Shown in pieces: positions 10,700 through 20,479 of a DNA stretch of 64,000 nt. Under the pieces are notes generated by a model. It was not told the DNA's origin, ran no database searches, and was given only the letters and a program-made list of their open reading frames with translations. Each line of letters begins with the position of its first letter. Position 1 is the first letter of the stretch. Source of the DNA: Acidimicrobiia bacterium (GTDB lineage: Bacteria; Actinomycetota; Acidimicrobiia; Acidimicrobiales; CAIXPF01); the NCBI GenBank assembly GCA_947476745.1, contig CANJRG010000007.1, positions 55,913-119,912 of the forward strand, in the 5' to 3' direction. The position numbers were made by a program, and so were the translations under genes.

Positions 10700-11085
10700 A
10701 GCGACGACACAGCACGGGGAACAGTCGATGGCCCAGCGGCGCACCGACCCGCAGCTCGTCGTCCAGAACCGGGAACTGCGGCGAGGTCCGCCACACCGGG
10801 AGCGCCGCGCACGGTCAGCATGTGGACGAACACGGTGTCACCGGGCTCGAGCGCCCAGCGCAGGATCCGGAACCGGCCGGGATCAGCATCGATGTCGGGT
10901 AGCTCGGCCAGCGCACCCTCGGGGAACCAACGGACCTACTGGTCGAGGAAGGTCTGCAGCAGGTCCTGGTGCCACGGGGTGCGCTGACGGGTGCCGCCTC
11001 GATCGCCTCACAGGCCGGCGCCTCGTCGCCCGGCCCGGAGGCGCCGCGCACCCAGACCGCCCGGTCCTCGGCAAAGACTCCTCGA
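10700..11085 (-). pseudogene. Degraded phytanoyl-CoA dioxygenase (PhyH)-family gene remnant
   Basis: Hand translation gives FAEDRAVWVRGA..EAIEA, frameshift, TPWHQDL (HxD), TFLDQ*VRWFPEGALAELPDIDADPGRFRILRWALEPGDTVFVHMLT, QFPVLDDELRVGAPL; stop, frameshift and apparent deletions. Confidence 0.65.
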
Positions 11086-11088
11086 CCC

Positions 11089-14000
11089 TCAGCCCTCGGC
11101 CTCCCCCGTGGTCGCCCGGGTGTCGGAAGATCCCACCGCCCACAGCCGAGCGTAGAGGCCCCCCGCCGCAAGCAACCCCTCATGGGAACCGACCTCGGCA
11201 ACCCGGCCCTCGTCGAGCACCACGATGCGATCGGCCCGCCGGGCGGTGGCAAGACGGTGTGCGACCAGCACCGTGGTCCGGCCCGCGGCCAGCTCGTCCA
11301 TGGCCGCACGGACCTGCGCCTCGGCCCGCAGGTCCAAGTTGGCGGTCGCCTCGTCGAGCAGCAGGATGGCGGGTGCCACCAACTGGGCCCGGGCCAGGGC
11401 GATGAGCTGCCGCTGCCCGGCCGACAGCGCCCGGCCACGCTCGCTCACCGCAGTGCGGTACCCGTGCGGCAGGCCGGCGACGAACCCGTGGGCCCCGACC
11501 GCCCGGGCCGCCGCCTCGACCTCGGCATCGGAGGCGTCGGGCCGGCCGTAGGCGATGTTGTCCCGCACCGACCCGGAGAACAGGAAGGGCTCCTGGGGGA
11601 CCACCCCGAGCTGCGAACGGTACCGACCCAACTCGAGCTGCCGCAGGTCGACGCCGTCAACCAGAACCCGGCCTTCGGTCGGATCGTGGAACCGGGCGAT
11701 CAGCCGGACCAGGGTCGACTTCCCGGCACCGGTTGCGCCCACCACCGCCACCGTCTCCCCGGCCCCGATGGTCAGCTCCACCGAGCGCAACGCCGGAAGG
11801 GCCGTGGGTCCGTACGCGAACCCGACCCCCTCGAAGCGGATCTCGCCGCGCACCGTGCCCGGATCGACCGGGTCCCGCGGCGCCGGGGTCGCCGAGGCGG
11901 TGGTCAGCAGCTCGGTGATCTTCACCGTCGACGACGCCGCCTGCTGCCAGGTGTCGAACACCAACGACAGCTGCTGGATCGGCGAGAAGAACAGGTTCAG
12001 GTACAGCAGGAAGGCCACCACCGTGGCCGCGGTCACCGCACCGGCCGCCACCATCGCTCGGCCCTCGGCCAGCACGGCGATCGCCGCGAGATCGGCGAAC
12101 AGGCCGATACCGGGGAAATACCACGACAACAGGCGTTGTGAACGCAGCCGGGCGACCCGGTACCGCTCGCTCAGCGCACCGAACCGGACGCTGCTGCGGC
12201 CCTGGGCCACGTTCGCCTGTGCCACCCGCACGCCGGAGAGGTTCTCCTGCAGGTCGGCGTTGACCGAGGCGATGGCCTCGCGGCTGGCGTGGTAGGCCGC
12301 CGCCGAACGCCACCGGTACCACGCCGTCGCCACCACCAGCAGCGGCAGCACCGACCCCGCCGCCAAGGCCAGCGGCGGAGACAGCACCACCAGGAAGACC
12401 GCCACCCCCACACAGGTCGCCGCCCCCACCACCGCGGTGACCAGACCGGTCTGCACCAGCTGCGACAACGCCTCGACGTCGCTGGTCATCCGGGTCATGA
12501 TCCGGCCATCCATCTCGTTGTCGAAGTAGTCGAGCGACATCCGTTGCAGATGGGCGAAGATCCGCACCCGCAGGGTCAGCAGCATGGCCTCAGCCGTGCG
12601 TCCGGTGAGCAGTGCACCGGCCAGGGTCACACCCCAATCCACCGCGGTCACCACGGCGAACAACGCCGTCGTGGCCCACAGCACAGGCGGATCCCCGGCC
12701 CGCACCCCGCCGTCGATGCCGTGGCGGATCAGCAACGGCCCCACCACCCGGAGCACGGCATCGACGGCGACGAGCGCCACCCCGAAACCCAACACGACCC
12801 GCCACGGACGCACGAAGCGCCACAGACGGAACGGCTCCGGCGGCTCGGCGGCAGCCGCAACGACGTCGACGCCGGACCGGTCCGTCGCCGGCGGCAACGT
12901 CGCCAGGGCTGCCAGCAACTGCGGGGTGGCGGCCAGATCGGCACCCCATCCGCCGCCACCGCCGCCACCGCCGCCACCGACCCCGGCCGTCGCTGTCGCT
13001 GCGGTTGCGGCCGCGCCGGATGCAGCCAAACCCGCCGTCGCGACGCCACCGGGAGCGTCGGACCCCGACCTACCGGTCCCGTGGGCACCAGCCCCGAACG
13101 TCGCCGGGTCCGGCCACGCAGACGCCGTCAGACCGGGCCCGACAGTCGCCGCGAACCCGACCGCCCCAGACCCGGTCGCGTCGGCATCGAGGCCGAGCAG
13201 CTCGCGGTAGGTGCTGTTGCGGGCCAGCAACGCCTCGTGGGTGCCCTCATCGACCACCCGGCCGGCGTCGACCACCACGATGCGGTCGGCCAGTCGCACC
13301 GTCGACACCCGGTGGGCCACGAGGATGGTCGTGCGGCCCGCCAGCACCGCCGAAAGGGCGGCGTGGATCGATTCCTCGGTGGCGGCATCGACCGCCGAGG
13401 TGGCGGCGTCGAGCACCAGCACCGCCGGGTCGCTCAACACGGCGCGGGCCAGGGCGATCCGTTGCCGCTGCCCGCCCGAAAGGGTAAGGCCCCGCTCGCC
13501 CACCATCGTGCGGTAGCCGTCGGGCAACGCCTCGATGAACGAGGCCGCACCAGCGACGGCGGCCGCGGCACACACCTCGGCCTCGGTGGCGTCGGGCCGT
13601 CCGTAGGCGATGTTGGCGGCGATCGTGTCGGAGAACAGGAACGCCTCCTCGAAGGCCACACCCACCACCCGGCGCAACGAGTCCAGCGTCACGTCGCGCA
13701 CGTCGATGCCGTCGACGGTCACCCGGCCGGCCGACACGTCGTAGAACCGGGGCAGCAGCGCGGTCACCGTCGACTTGCCGGACCCGCTCGCCCCGACCAG
13801 CGCCACCACCTCACCGGGCGCGATACGCAACTCGAAGCCGTCGAGCACCGGACGGGACCGCTCGTAGCCGAAGGAGACCCCCTCGAAGGCGACCTCGCCA
13901 CGTACCGGCCCCAGCGGTCCGGCCCCTGGGGCATCGAGCACCTCGGCATTGGCGTCGAGGATGTCGAGCACCCGGGCCGCACCGGCGCGGGCCTGTTCCG

Positions 14001-14907
14001 CCGAAGCGATCACCGCGGCGCTGAAGCGCATCGGGGCGACCAACTGCACCAGGTAGGACACGAAGGCCAGGAAGGTGCCCAGGCTCAACTGGCCCCGCAA
14101 CGCCAGCCAACCGCCGAGCGCCAGAACCGCGACCTGGGCGAAGGACGGCACTGCCGCCAGCGCCGCAGTGGCCTTGCTCTGCACCCGCAACAACCGCACC
14201 CGAGAGGCGTAGAGCCGTTCGGCCGCAGCGCCGAGCCGGGCGACCTCGCGTTGCTCGGCACCGAAGCCCTTGACGATACGGACCCCGCTGACCGCCTCCT
14301 CGACGACCCCCGCCACCTCGGCCGCGTGCTGCTGCGCGTCCCAGGTGGCCGGGAACACCGTGCGACGCAGCCGAAAGGACAGGTAGCCGATCACCGGCAG
14401 GGCCACCGCCACCACCGCAGTCAACGGCGGCGACAGCCAAAGCATCGCCGCCAACGCCACCACGAAGAGCACCACATTGCCGACCAGCAACGGGATGGTC
14501 GACAGCAGCTGTTGGATCAACCCGAGGTCGCTGGAGGAGCGCGACACCAGCTGCCCGGTACGCAGCTGGTCGTGGCCGGCGAAGTCGAGCCGCATCAAAC
14601 GGTCGAAGATGGCGGTGCGCAAACGGTGCTGAACCGCGAATGCGACCCGGCCGCCGTACCAGCGGCGGACCACCGCAAAGCCGAAGGTGACCAACGCCAC
14701 CCCGCCCAGCGCAGCCAGCCACGGCGCGGCCGGACGCCGGCCGGCGATGATCACCTCGTCGATGATGACCTTCTGCACCAGCGGGCCGAGGCCGTTGGCC
14801 ATCTGACCGACCACCGCGGCGCCGAGTGCCAGCCCGACATCGCGACGCGAGCCCCGGGAGAACGGCCACAGACGTCGCAGCGCGCCACCGGTCGGTGCAG
14901 GGTCCAT
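11089..14907 (-). CDS. Fused ABC exporter (TMD-NBD-TMD-NBD), Rv0194-like
   Basis: Walker A GASGSGKS and GATGAGKS, signatures LSGGQ and LSAGQ, two TM blocks; start set at MDPAPT. Confidence 0.92.
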   Translation of the reverse strand: MDPAPTGGALRRLWPFSRGSRRDVGLALGAAVVGQMANGLGPLVQKVIIDEVIIAGRRPAAPWLAALGGVALVTFGFAVVRRWYGGRVAFAVQHRLRTAIFDRLMRLDFAGHDQLRTGQLVSRSSSDLGLIQQLLSTIPLLVGNVVLFVVALAAMLWLSPPLTAVVAVALPVIGYLSFRLRRTVFPATWDAQQHAAEVAGVVEEAVSGVRIVKGFGAEQREVARLGAAAERLYASRVRLLRVQSKATAALAAVPSFAQVAVLALGGWLALRGQLSLGTFLAFVSYLVQLVAPMRFSAAVIASAEQARAGAARVLDILDANAEVLDAPGAGPLGPVRGEVAFEGVSFGYERSRPVLDGFELRIAPGEVVALVGASGSGKSTVTALLPRFYDVSAGRVTVDGIDVRDVTLDSLRRVVGVAFEEAFLFSDTIAANIAYGRPDATEAEVCAAAAVAGAASFIEALPDGYRTMVGERGLTLSGGQRQRIALARAVLSDPAVLVLDAATSAVDAATEESIHAALSAVLAGRTTILVAHRVSTVRLADRIVVVDAGRVVDEGTHEALLARNSTYRELLGLDADATGSGAVGFAATVGPGLTASAWPDPATFGAGAHGTGRSGSDAPGGVATAGLAASGAAATAATATAGVGGGGGGGGGGWGADLAATPQLLAALATLPPATDRSGVDVVAAAAEPPEPFRLWRFVRPWRVVLGFGVALVAVDAVLRVVGPLLIRHGIDGGVRAGDPPVLWATTALFAVVTAVDWGVTLAGALLTGRTAEAMLLTLRVRIFAHLQRMSLDYFDNEMDGRIMTRMTSDVEALSQLVQTGLVTAVVGAATCVGVAVFLVVLSPPLALAAGSVLPLLVVATAWYRWRSAAAYHASREAIASVNADLQENLSGVRVAQANVAQGRSSVRFGALSERYRVARLRSQRLLSWYFPGIGLFADLAAIAVLAEGRAMVAAGAVTAATVVAFLLYLNLFFSPIQQLSLVFDTWQQAASSTVKITELLTTASATPAPRDPVDPGTVRGEIRFEGVGFAYGPTALPALRSVELTIGAGETVAVVGATGAGKSTLVRLIARFHDPTEGRVLVDGVDLRQLELGRYRSQLGVVPQEPFLFSGSVRDNIAYGRPDASDAEVEAAARAVGAHGFVAGLPHGYRTAVSERGRALSAGQRQLIALARAQLVAPAILLLDEATANLDLRAEAQVRAAMDELAAGRTTVLVAHRLATARRADRIVVLDEGRVAEVGSHEGLLAAGGLYARLWAVGSSDTRATTGEAEG

Positions 14908-15048
14908 CGTCGGGCAACCTAGGCCGAGCCGTCCCGGCCGCCGCATTCGCCCCGGCCAAGAACCCGAGCCGGCGCGGGCCGGGTGGGTCCGCCGAGCCGC
15001 GGCCCGGCGCGCTGCGGCCCGGCGCGCCGGGTCGGTAGGGTGCCTTGC

Positions 15049-15609
15049 ATGACCATGCGCATTCTCGCCGTATCCGGCAGCATTCGAGCGGGTTCGTTCA
15101 ATACCGCCCTGGCCCACGCCACCGCCGCCCTCGCCCCGGCCGACACCACCGTCGAGGTCGTCGACCTCATCCGCGAGCTGCCCCACTACGACCCCGACCT
15201 CGACGTGGAGCCGCTGCCGGCCGCAGCCGAGGACCTGCGGCGCCGGTTCGCCGCGGCCGACGGCATCGTGCTGTTCGCTCCCGAGTACAACTTCGGCCTG
15301 CCCGGCGGGTTCAAGAACCTCATCGACTGGGCCAGCCGCCCGTACGGCAAGCACTGCCTGGTCGGCAAGCCGGTGTCCGTCGTCGGCTCGAGCCCGAGCA
15401 GTGGTGGCGCAGCGCAGTCCGTGTCCTACCTGCGGACCGTGCTGCCGTTGCTGGGCGCGGAGCTGGTCGGCGACGAGGTCACCATCGGCAAGGTCAACAC
15501 CCTGCTCGACCCCGAGACCGGCGCGCCCAGCGCCGAACTGGCCGCACAGATGGCCGCGATGATCGGTCTGCTGGCCTCGACGGCCGCGGCGAAGACCGAA
15601 CTAGCCTGA
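15049..15609 (+). CDS. NAD(P)H-dependent FMN reductase
   Basis: ILAVSGSIRAGSFN, PEYN, KNLIDW. Confidence 0.92.
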   Translation: MTMRILAVSGSIRAGSFNTALAHATAALAPADTTVEVVDLIRELPHYDPDLDVEPLPAAAEDLRRRFAAADGIVLFAPEYNFGLPGGFKNLIDWASRPYGKHCLVGKPVSVVGSSPSSGGAAQSVSYLRTVLPLLGAELVGDEVTIGKVNTLLDPETGAPSAELAAQMAAMIGLLASTAAAKTELA

Positions 15610-15688
15610 CCCGGAGGGCCCGACCCCCGGCCCGGTCCCGGCACCAACCGGTCCCGGCAAGCCCCCGAAGACCTGGAGCAATGCGCCC

Positions 15689-16816
15689 GTGCCCGATCGC
15701 GAACCCGACGACCACCGCAGCTCTGACCCCGCTGCCCGCGTCGCCGAGCTGGTCGCGGCCATCGCCGAGCCCGATGCGCGGGTCGCCGCCGACGCGGCGG
15801 CCCTGCAGGACCGCCTCACCAAGCCGCGCGGGGCGCTGGGCCGGCTCGAAACGCTGGGCATCCGCCTGTGCGTCATCAGCGGCACCGTCCCGCCACCGGT
15901 GCCCGCCAAGGCAGCGGTGGCGGTGTTCGCCGGCGACCACGGCGTGCTCGACGAAGGCGTCAGCCCCTGGCCCCAGGAGGTGACCGCCCAGATGGTGGCC
16001 AATCTCTGCGCCGGCGGCGCGGCCATCAACGTGCTGGCCCGACAGGCCGGGGCCGAGGTCATCGTCGTCGACGTCGGCGTCGCCGGGCCCGTACTGGACC
16101 ATCCCGGCCTGCGCCGGCGACGGGTCCGGTCGGGTACCGCAAACCTGGCACAGGGCCCGGCCATGACCGTCACCGAAGCCCGCTCCGCCATCCTGGTCGG
16201 CGCCGAGGTGGCCGCCGACCTGGTGGCCGGCGGTGCCGACCTGCTCGTCGGCGGCGACATGGGCATCGGCAACACCACGCCCTCTGCTGCGCTGATCGCG
16301 GCCATCACCGGCCGCGACCCCGCAGCGGTGACCGGACGCGGGACCGGAATCGACGACGCCATGCTGCAACACAAGGCCGATGTCGTCGCCGACGCGGTCG
16401 CCCGGGTACGGACCGCAGCTGCGACCGGGCCGGACGCAACCGGGCTCGATGCTGTCGGGTTGCTGGCCGAGATCGGCGGGCTGGAGATCGCCGCACTGGC
16501 CGGGTTCTACCTCGGTGCCGCCGCCGCCGGGGTGCCGGTCGTCCTCGACGGGGTCATTGCCCTCGCGGCGGCCTGCGTCGCGGCACAGCACTGCCCGGCC
16601 GTCACCGGCTACCTCATCGCCGGGCACCGCTCCACCGAGCCGGGCGCCACCGCGGCACTCGACTGGCTCGGTCTCGAGCCGCTGGTCGATCTCGGCATGC
16701 GACTCGGCGAGGGCAGCGGCGCCATGCTGGGCGTCCCGTTGGTCCGGGCCGCCGCCGCAGTGATGAACGAGATGGCCACCTTCGACAGCGCCGGCGTCGC
16801 CGACAAAGCGGAGTGA
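15689..16816 (+). CDS. cobT: Nicotinate-nucleotide--dimethylbenzimidazole phosphoribosyltransferase
   Basis: LTKPRGALGRLE, FAGDHG, MGIGNTT, LGMRLGEGSGA. Confidence 0.95.
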   Translation: MPDREPDDHRSSDPAARVAELVAAIAEPDARVAADAAALQDRLTKPRGALGRLETLGIRLCVISGTVPPPVPAKAAVAVFAGDHGVLDEGVSPWPQEVTAQMVANLCAGGAAINVLARQAGAEVIVVDVGVAGPVLDHPGLRRRRVRSGTANLAQGPAMTVTEARSAILVGAEVAADLVAGGADLLVGGDMGIGNTTPSAALIAAITGRDPAAVTGRGTGIDDAMLQHKADVVADAVARVRTAAATGPDATGLDAVGLLAEIGGLEIAALAGFYLGAAAAGVPVVLDGVIALAAACVAAQHCPAVTGYLIAGHRSTEPGATAALDWLGLEPLVDLGMRLGEGSGAMLGVPLVRAAAAVMNEMATFDSAGVADKAE

Positions 16817-17733
16817 ACCTCACCGCACCGGGTCCCCACGGTGGCGACGGGCGGCGCGTCGCCGCGGCCCTGGGCCTCGACCCCGCCACCATGATCGACC
16901 TGTCGGCCAGCCTCAACCCGTTCGCGCCCGACGTGGCGTCGATGGCCGCCGACTGCGTGCGGCACAGGCCCGACGTCGTGTCGGCCTACCCCGATGCCGG
17001 TCCGGCCGCCCGTGCGCTGGCCGCGGCCATCGGCGTGGACGACGACCGTCTGGTGCTGACCAACGGCGGGGCCGAGGCCATCGCCCTGGTGGCCGCCGAC
17101 GCCCCTGCCGGGGCCATCGCCGACCCCGAGTTCTCGCTCTACCGCCGTCACCTGGCCGCCGTGACGACGAACGCGCCTCGCTGGCGGTCGAACCCGTCGA
17201 ACCCGCTCGGCACCCTGGCCGGGCCGGACGAACTCGCCGGGGTGTGGGACGAGGCGTTCTACCCGCTCGCCACCGGGCGCTGGACACGCGGCGACGCAGC
17301 GGCCTGGCGGCTCGGGTCGCTGACCAAGCTGTGGGCCTGCCCGGGGCTGCGGCTCGGCTACGCCATAGCCCCCGATGCCGCAGCCGCAGCCCGACTGCGG
17401 GCCCGGCAACCACAGTGGGCCGTCAACGGCCTGATCGCCGCGCTCGTGCCGGAACTACTGGCCGTCACCGACCTGGCCGGCTGGCAGCACGCGATCGGAG
17501 CCGCACGGCAGCGGTTCGCGGCCGAACTGGGCTCGCTCGGCTTCTCGGTGACCGGCACCCACGCCAACTGGGTACTGGTCGACGGCCACGACCTGCGCAC
17601 CCGGCTCGCCCCCAACGGCATCGTGGTGCGCGACCTCGCCTCGTTCGGGCTCGACGGACGGTTCCGGGTCGCCCTGCCCCGGCCGACCGAGGTCGACCGG
17701 GTCCTGGCGGCCTTCGCCGCGGTCGCCCGGTGA
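16813..17733 (+). CDS. cobC: PLP-dependent threonine-phosphate decarboxylase-like (CobC/CobD class I/II aminotransferase)
   Basis: GTG overlapping cobT stop; HGG, DLSASLNP, NPSNPLG, DEAF, SLTK..PGLRLGY. Confidence 0.85.
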   Translation: MNLTAPGPHGGDGRRVAAALGLDPATMIDLSASLNPFAPDVASMAADCVRHRPDVVSAYPDAGPAARALAAAIGVDDDRLVLTNGGAEAIALVAADAPAGAIADPEFSLYRRHLAAVTTNAPRWRSNPSNPLGTLAGPDELAGVWDEAFYPLATGRWTRGDAAAWRLGSLTKLWACPGLRLGYAIAPDAAAAARLRARQPQWAVNGLIAALVPELLAVTDLAGWQHAIGAARQRFAAELGSLGFSVTGTHANWVLVDGHDLRTRLAPNGIVVRDLASFGLDGRFRVALPRPTEVDRVLAAFAAVAR

Positions 17734-18671
17734 AGCGCGCCGCGGCGATCGCTGCCGGGCTGGTGGCGGACCGGTTGCTGGGCGAGCCGCCCACCGCGTG
17801 GCATCCCATCGCCTGGTTCGGCTCGGTCATGGGCCACCTGGAACCGCGCATCCACGCCGACCGTCGGCGCAACGGCGTCGCCTACACCACCGCCGGAGTG
17901 GCGCTGGGGGTCGGTGCGGGCCTGGCGATGCGACGGATCACCGGGCCGACGGCGGCGACCGCGGTGGCGACCGGGCTGGCGGTGGCCGGACGGATGCTCG
18001 ACGAGGAAGCCACCCGCATCGGCGACCGGCTCCTCGCCGGCGACCTCGAGGGCGCCCGGGGGGCGCTGCGTTCCCTGGTGGGCCGCAGCCCCGACGACCT
18101 CGACGAGGCCTCGGTGAGCCGGGCGGTGATCGAATCGGTCGCCGAGAACAGCGTCGACGCGGTGACCGCCGCCGCCTTCTGGGCACTGGTCGGGGGGGCA
18201 CCGGCGGTGCTTGCCTACCGGGCGATCAACACCATGGATGCCATGGTCGGCCACCACAACGCCCGCTACGAACGCTTCGGCTGGGCGTCGGCCCGGCTCG
18301 ACGACCTGGCCAATTGGCTACCGGCCCGCCTCAGCGCCCTGTGGGTCCTGACCCCGCTGTTGGCCCGCTCCCCCGAACCCGCGGCGCTGCTGCGGACGGT
18401 CCGTCGGCAGGCCTCGGTACACCCGTCCCCCAACGGCGGCCTGATCGAGGCGGCCTACGCCCATCGCCTGGGGGTGACCCTCGGAGGTACCAACCGGTAT
18501 GGCACGCGGGACGAGCACCGTGGCCTGCTGGGCGACGGCCCCGCCGCCGGCCCCGCCGACATCGAACGGGCTGTGACGTTGCGCCGTCGCGCCGCCGCAC
18601 AACTGACGCTCGCCCTGATCGCCCTCACCCTCCTCCGCCGAGGACCCCGCCGAAGAACGACCCGACGCTGA
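17730..18671 (+). CDS. cbiB: Adenosylcobinamide-phosphate synthase CbiB/CobD
   Basis: GTG overlapping upstream stop; GEPP..WHP, ESVAENSVD, YRAINTMDAMVG, HPSPNGG. Confidence 0.93.
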   Translation: MKRAAAIAAGLVADRLLGEPPTAWHPIAWFGSVMGHLEPRIHADRRRNGVAYTTAGVALGVGAGLAMRRITGPTAATAVATGLAVAGRMLDEEATRIGDRLLAGDLEGARGALRSLVGRSPDDLDEASVSRAVIESVAENSVDAVTAAAFWALVGGAPAVLAYRAINTMDAMVGHHNARYERFGWASARLDDLANWLPARLSALWVLTPLLARSPEPAALLRTVRRQASVHPSPNGGLIEAAYAHRLGVTLGGTNRYGTRDEHRGLLGDGPAAGPADIERAVTLRRRAAAQLTLALIALTLLRRGPRRRTTRR

Positions 18672-18786
18672 CCCGGCCGAACCCGACGCTGACCCGACCG
18701 ACGACCCACGCTGCCCGGGCCGACAGCCGGCCACCTCCCACCGACCACCTGCCACCGACCACCTGCCACCGACCCGGACGTCCCCG

Positions 18787-19569
18787 ATGCGCCACGCCGC
18801 CAACCTGTCGATGCTCTACCCCCACCTGCCGATGCTGCAACGGCCCGCCGCGGCGGCCGCCGACGGGTTCAGCGGCGTGGAGATTCTCTTCCCCTACGAC
18901 CTCGACGCCGGCGCGTTGCGCGCCGCACTCGACGAGGCAGACCTCGTCGCCGTGCTCATCAACACCCCACCGGGCGAGGGCGACGAGCGCGGCCTCGCCG
19001 CGGTGCCCGGTGCCGAGGAACGCTTCCGACGTTGCTTCGAGCAGGCCCTCGACACCGCCGCCGTGCTCGGTGCCGACAGCGTGCACACCATGGCCGGAAA
19101 CGTGGCCGGAAACGTGGCCGCGGGGCACGGCCGCGCCACGGCGGTCGACACCCTGGTCGCCAACCTCCGCTGGGCGGCGCCCCGGGCGGCGCAGCGCGGC
19201 ATCACCCTGACCCTCGAGGGCCTCAACCACCACGACTTCCCCGGTTACTGCTACGCCACCCCGGCCCTCGTGTGCGAGGTGCTCGAGGCGGTCGACGACG
19301 CCAACGTGCGCCTGCAGTTCGACCTTTACCACACCGCCCGGGAGGACCTCGACCCCCGGGCGGAGATCGAGGCGGCGCGGCTGTGGATCCACCACGTGCA
19401 GATTGCCGGGCCCCCGGACCGCCACGAGCCGACGGCGGAGGACCGGGCCCTACTCGACGCGGTGGCCTGGCTCCACGCCGACGGCTACGACGGATGGCTC
19501 GGCTTCGAGTACCGCCCCCGGGGCGACACCAGCGCCGGGCTTACCTGGCGGGCCCTGCTGCCGAGCTGA
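18787..19569 (+). CDS. Hydroxypyruvate isomerase family (Hyi/OtnI) TIM-barrel protein
   Basis: AANLSMLY, VEILFPY, QFDLYH, HVQIA...RHEP, EYRP. Confidence 0.9.
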   Translation: MRHAANLSMLYPHLPMLQRPAAAAADGFSGVEILFPYDLDAGALRAALDEADLVAVLINTPPGEGDERGLAAVPGAEERFRRCFEQALDTAAVLGADSVHTMAGNVAGNVAAGHGRATAVDTLVANLRWAAPRAAQRGITLTLEGLNHHDFPGYCYATPALVCEVLEAVDDANVRLQFDLYHTAREDLDPRAEIEAARLWIHHVQIAGPPDRHEPTAEDRALLDAVAWLHADGYDGWLGFEYRPRGDTSAGLTWRALLPS

Positions 19570-19650
19570 CCGCGGCGCGACCACACCGACCGCGGCGCGA
19601 CCAGGCCGGCGTAGCGCCGGGAACCTGCCCGTCGCCACGCCGAAACGGCC

Positions 19651-20406
19651 TCAGGCCATGGTCAGCCCGCCGGACACCGACAGGGTCTGGCCGGTGACGA
19701 AGCCGGCGGCCTCCGAGGCGAAGTACGCCACGGCCGAAGCCACCTCGTGGGGCTGGCCCAGCCGCTTCATCGGCACCGCGTTTGCCATGGCCCCGATGAC
19801 CTTGTCGCCGGAGGGGCTGGCGCTGACGATCTCGTCGATGAGCGGGGTGGCGGTCGGGCCGGGACAGACCGTGTTCACGGTGATGCCCTTGCGGGCCATC
19901 TCCCGGGCGATGGTCTTGGAGAAGGCGATGACGCCGCCCTTGGCCCCGGAGTACACGGCCTCGAGCGACGAGCCGACCCGGCCGGCGTCGGAACCGATGT
20001 TGACGATGCGGCCCCACCCGGCTTCAACCATCGAAGGCAGGCAGGCATGCACGGTGCGCAACACGCCCTTGTAGTTGATCTCGATGATGCGGTCCCAGAA
20101 GGCCTCATCGGTGGTGAGGAAGGGCTTGAGGTCGTCCCAACCGGCGCAGTTCACCAGCACCTCGACGGCGCCGAGCTCGTCGATGACCTGCAGGATGCCC
20201 TGCTGGACCGAGTCGGAATCGGTCACGTCCATGGCCACCACGATGGCCGTGCCACCGGCCTGGCGGACCAGTTCCGCGGTTTCGGCCGCCTCCTCGGTGC
20301 GCAGGTCGGCCACGGCCACCTTGCGGCCGTCGGCCGCCAACGCCCGGCAGATCTCCCGGCCGATACCCCGGCCGCCGCCGGTCACCATCGCTACGCGTTC
20401 GGTCAT
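19651..20406 (-). CDS. SDR, 2-hydroxycyclohexanecarboxyl-CoA dehydrogenase (BadH)-like
   Basis: TGGGRGIG, NCAGWD, SDAGRVGSSLEAVYSGAKGG, CPGPT, ends VSGGLTMA. Confidence 0.85.
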   Translation of the reverse strand: MTERVAMVTGGGRGIGREICRALAADGRKVAVADLRTEEAAETAELVRQAGGTAIVVAMDVTDSDSVQQGILQVIDELGAVEVLVNCAGWDDLKPFLTTDEAFWDRIIEINYKGVLRTVHACLPSMVEAGWGRIVNIGSDAGRVGSSLEAVYSGAKGGVIAFSKTIAREMARKGITVNTVCPGPTATPLIDEIVSASPSGDKVIGAMANAVPMKRLGQPHEVASAVAYFASEAAGFVTGQTLSVSGGLTMA

Positions 20407-20479
20407 GTCTGTTCTCCTCGAGTGGTGGTCGGGACCTTCGTGCCGGTCCCGCCCGGGGTTGATCAAGAACGCAGCCGGC

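Noticed and set aside
10632-10760. yybP-ykoY riboswitch upstream of GDT1 gene
   Set aside because: Consensus not recognisable by eye, and the region overlaps the PhyH remnant; needs an Rfam scan
14908-15354. N-terminal extension of the ABC ORF to 15354 (similar extensions for tig, pcaB, GMC, boxC)
   Set aside because: Overlaps divergent or neighbouring genes; family similarity begins at downstream starts
14908-15688. Cobalamin riboswitch upstream of cob genes
   Set aside because: No B12-box or GGGAA/GCCACTG pattern seen
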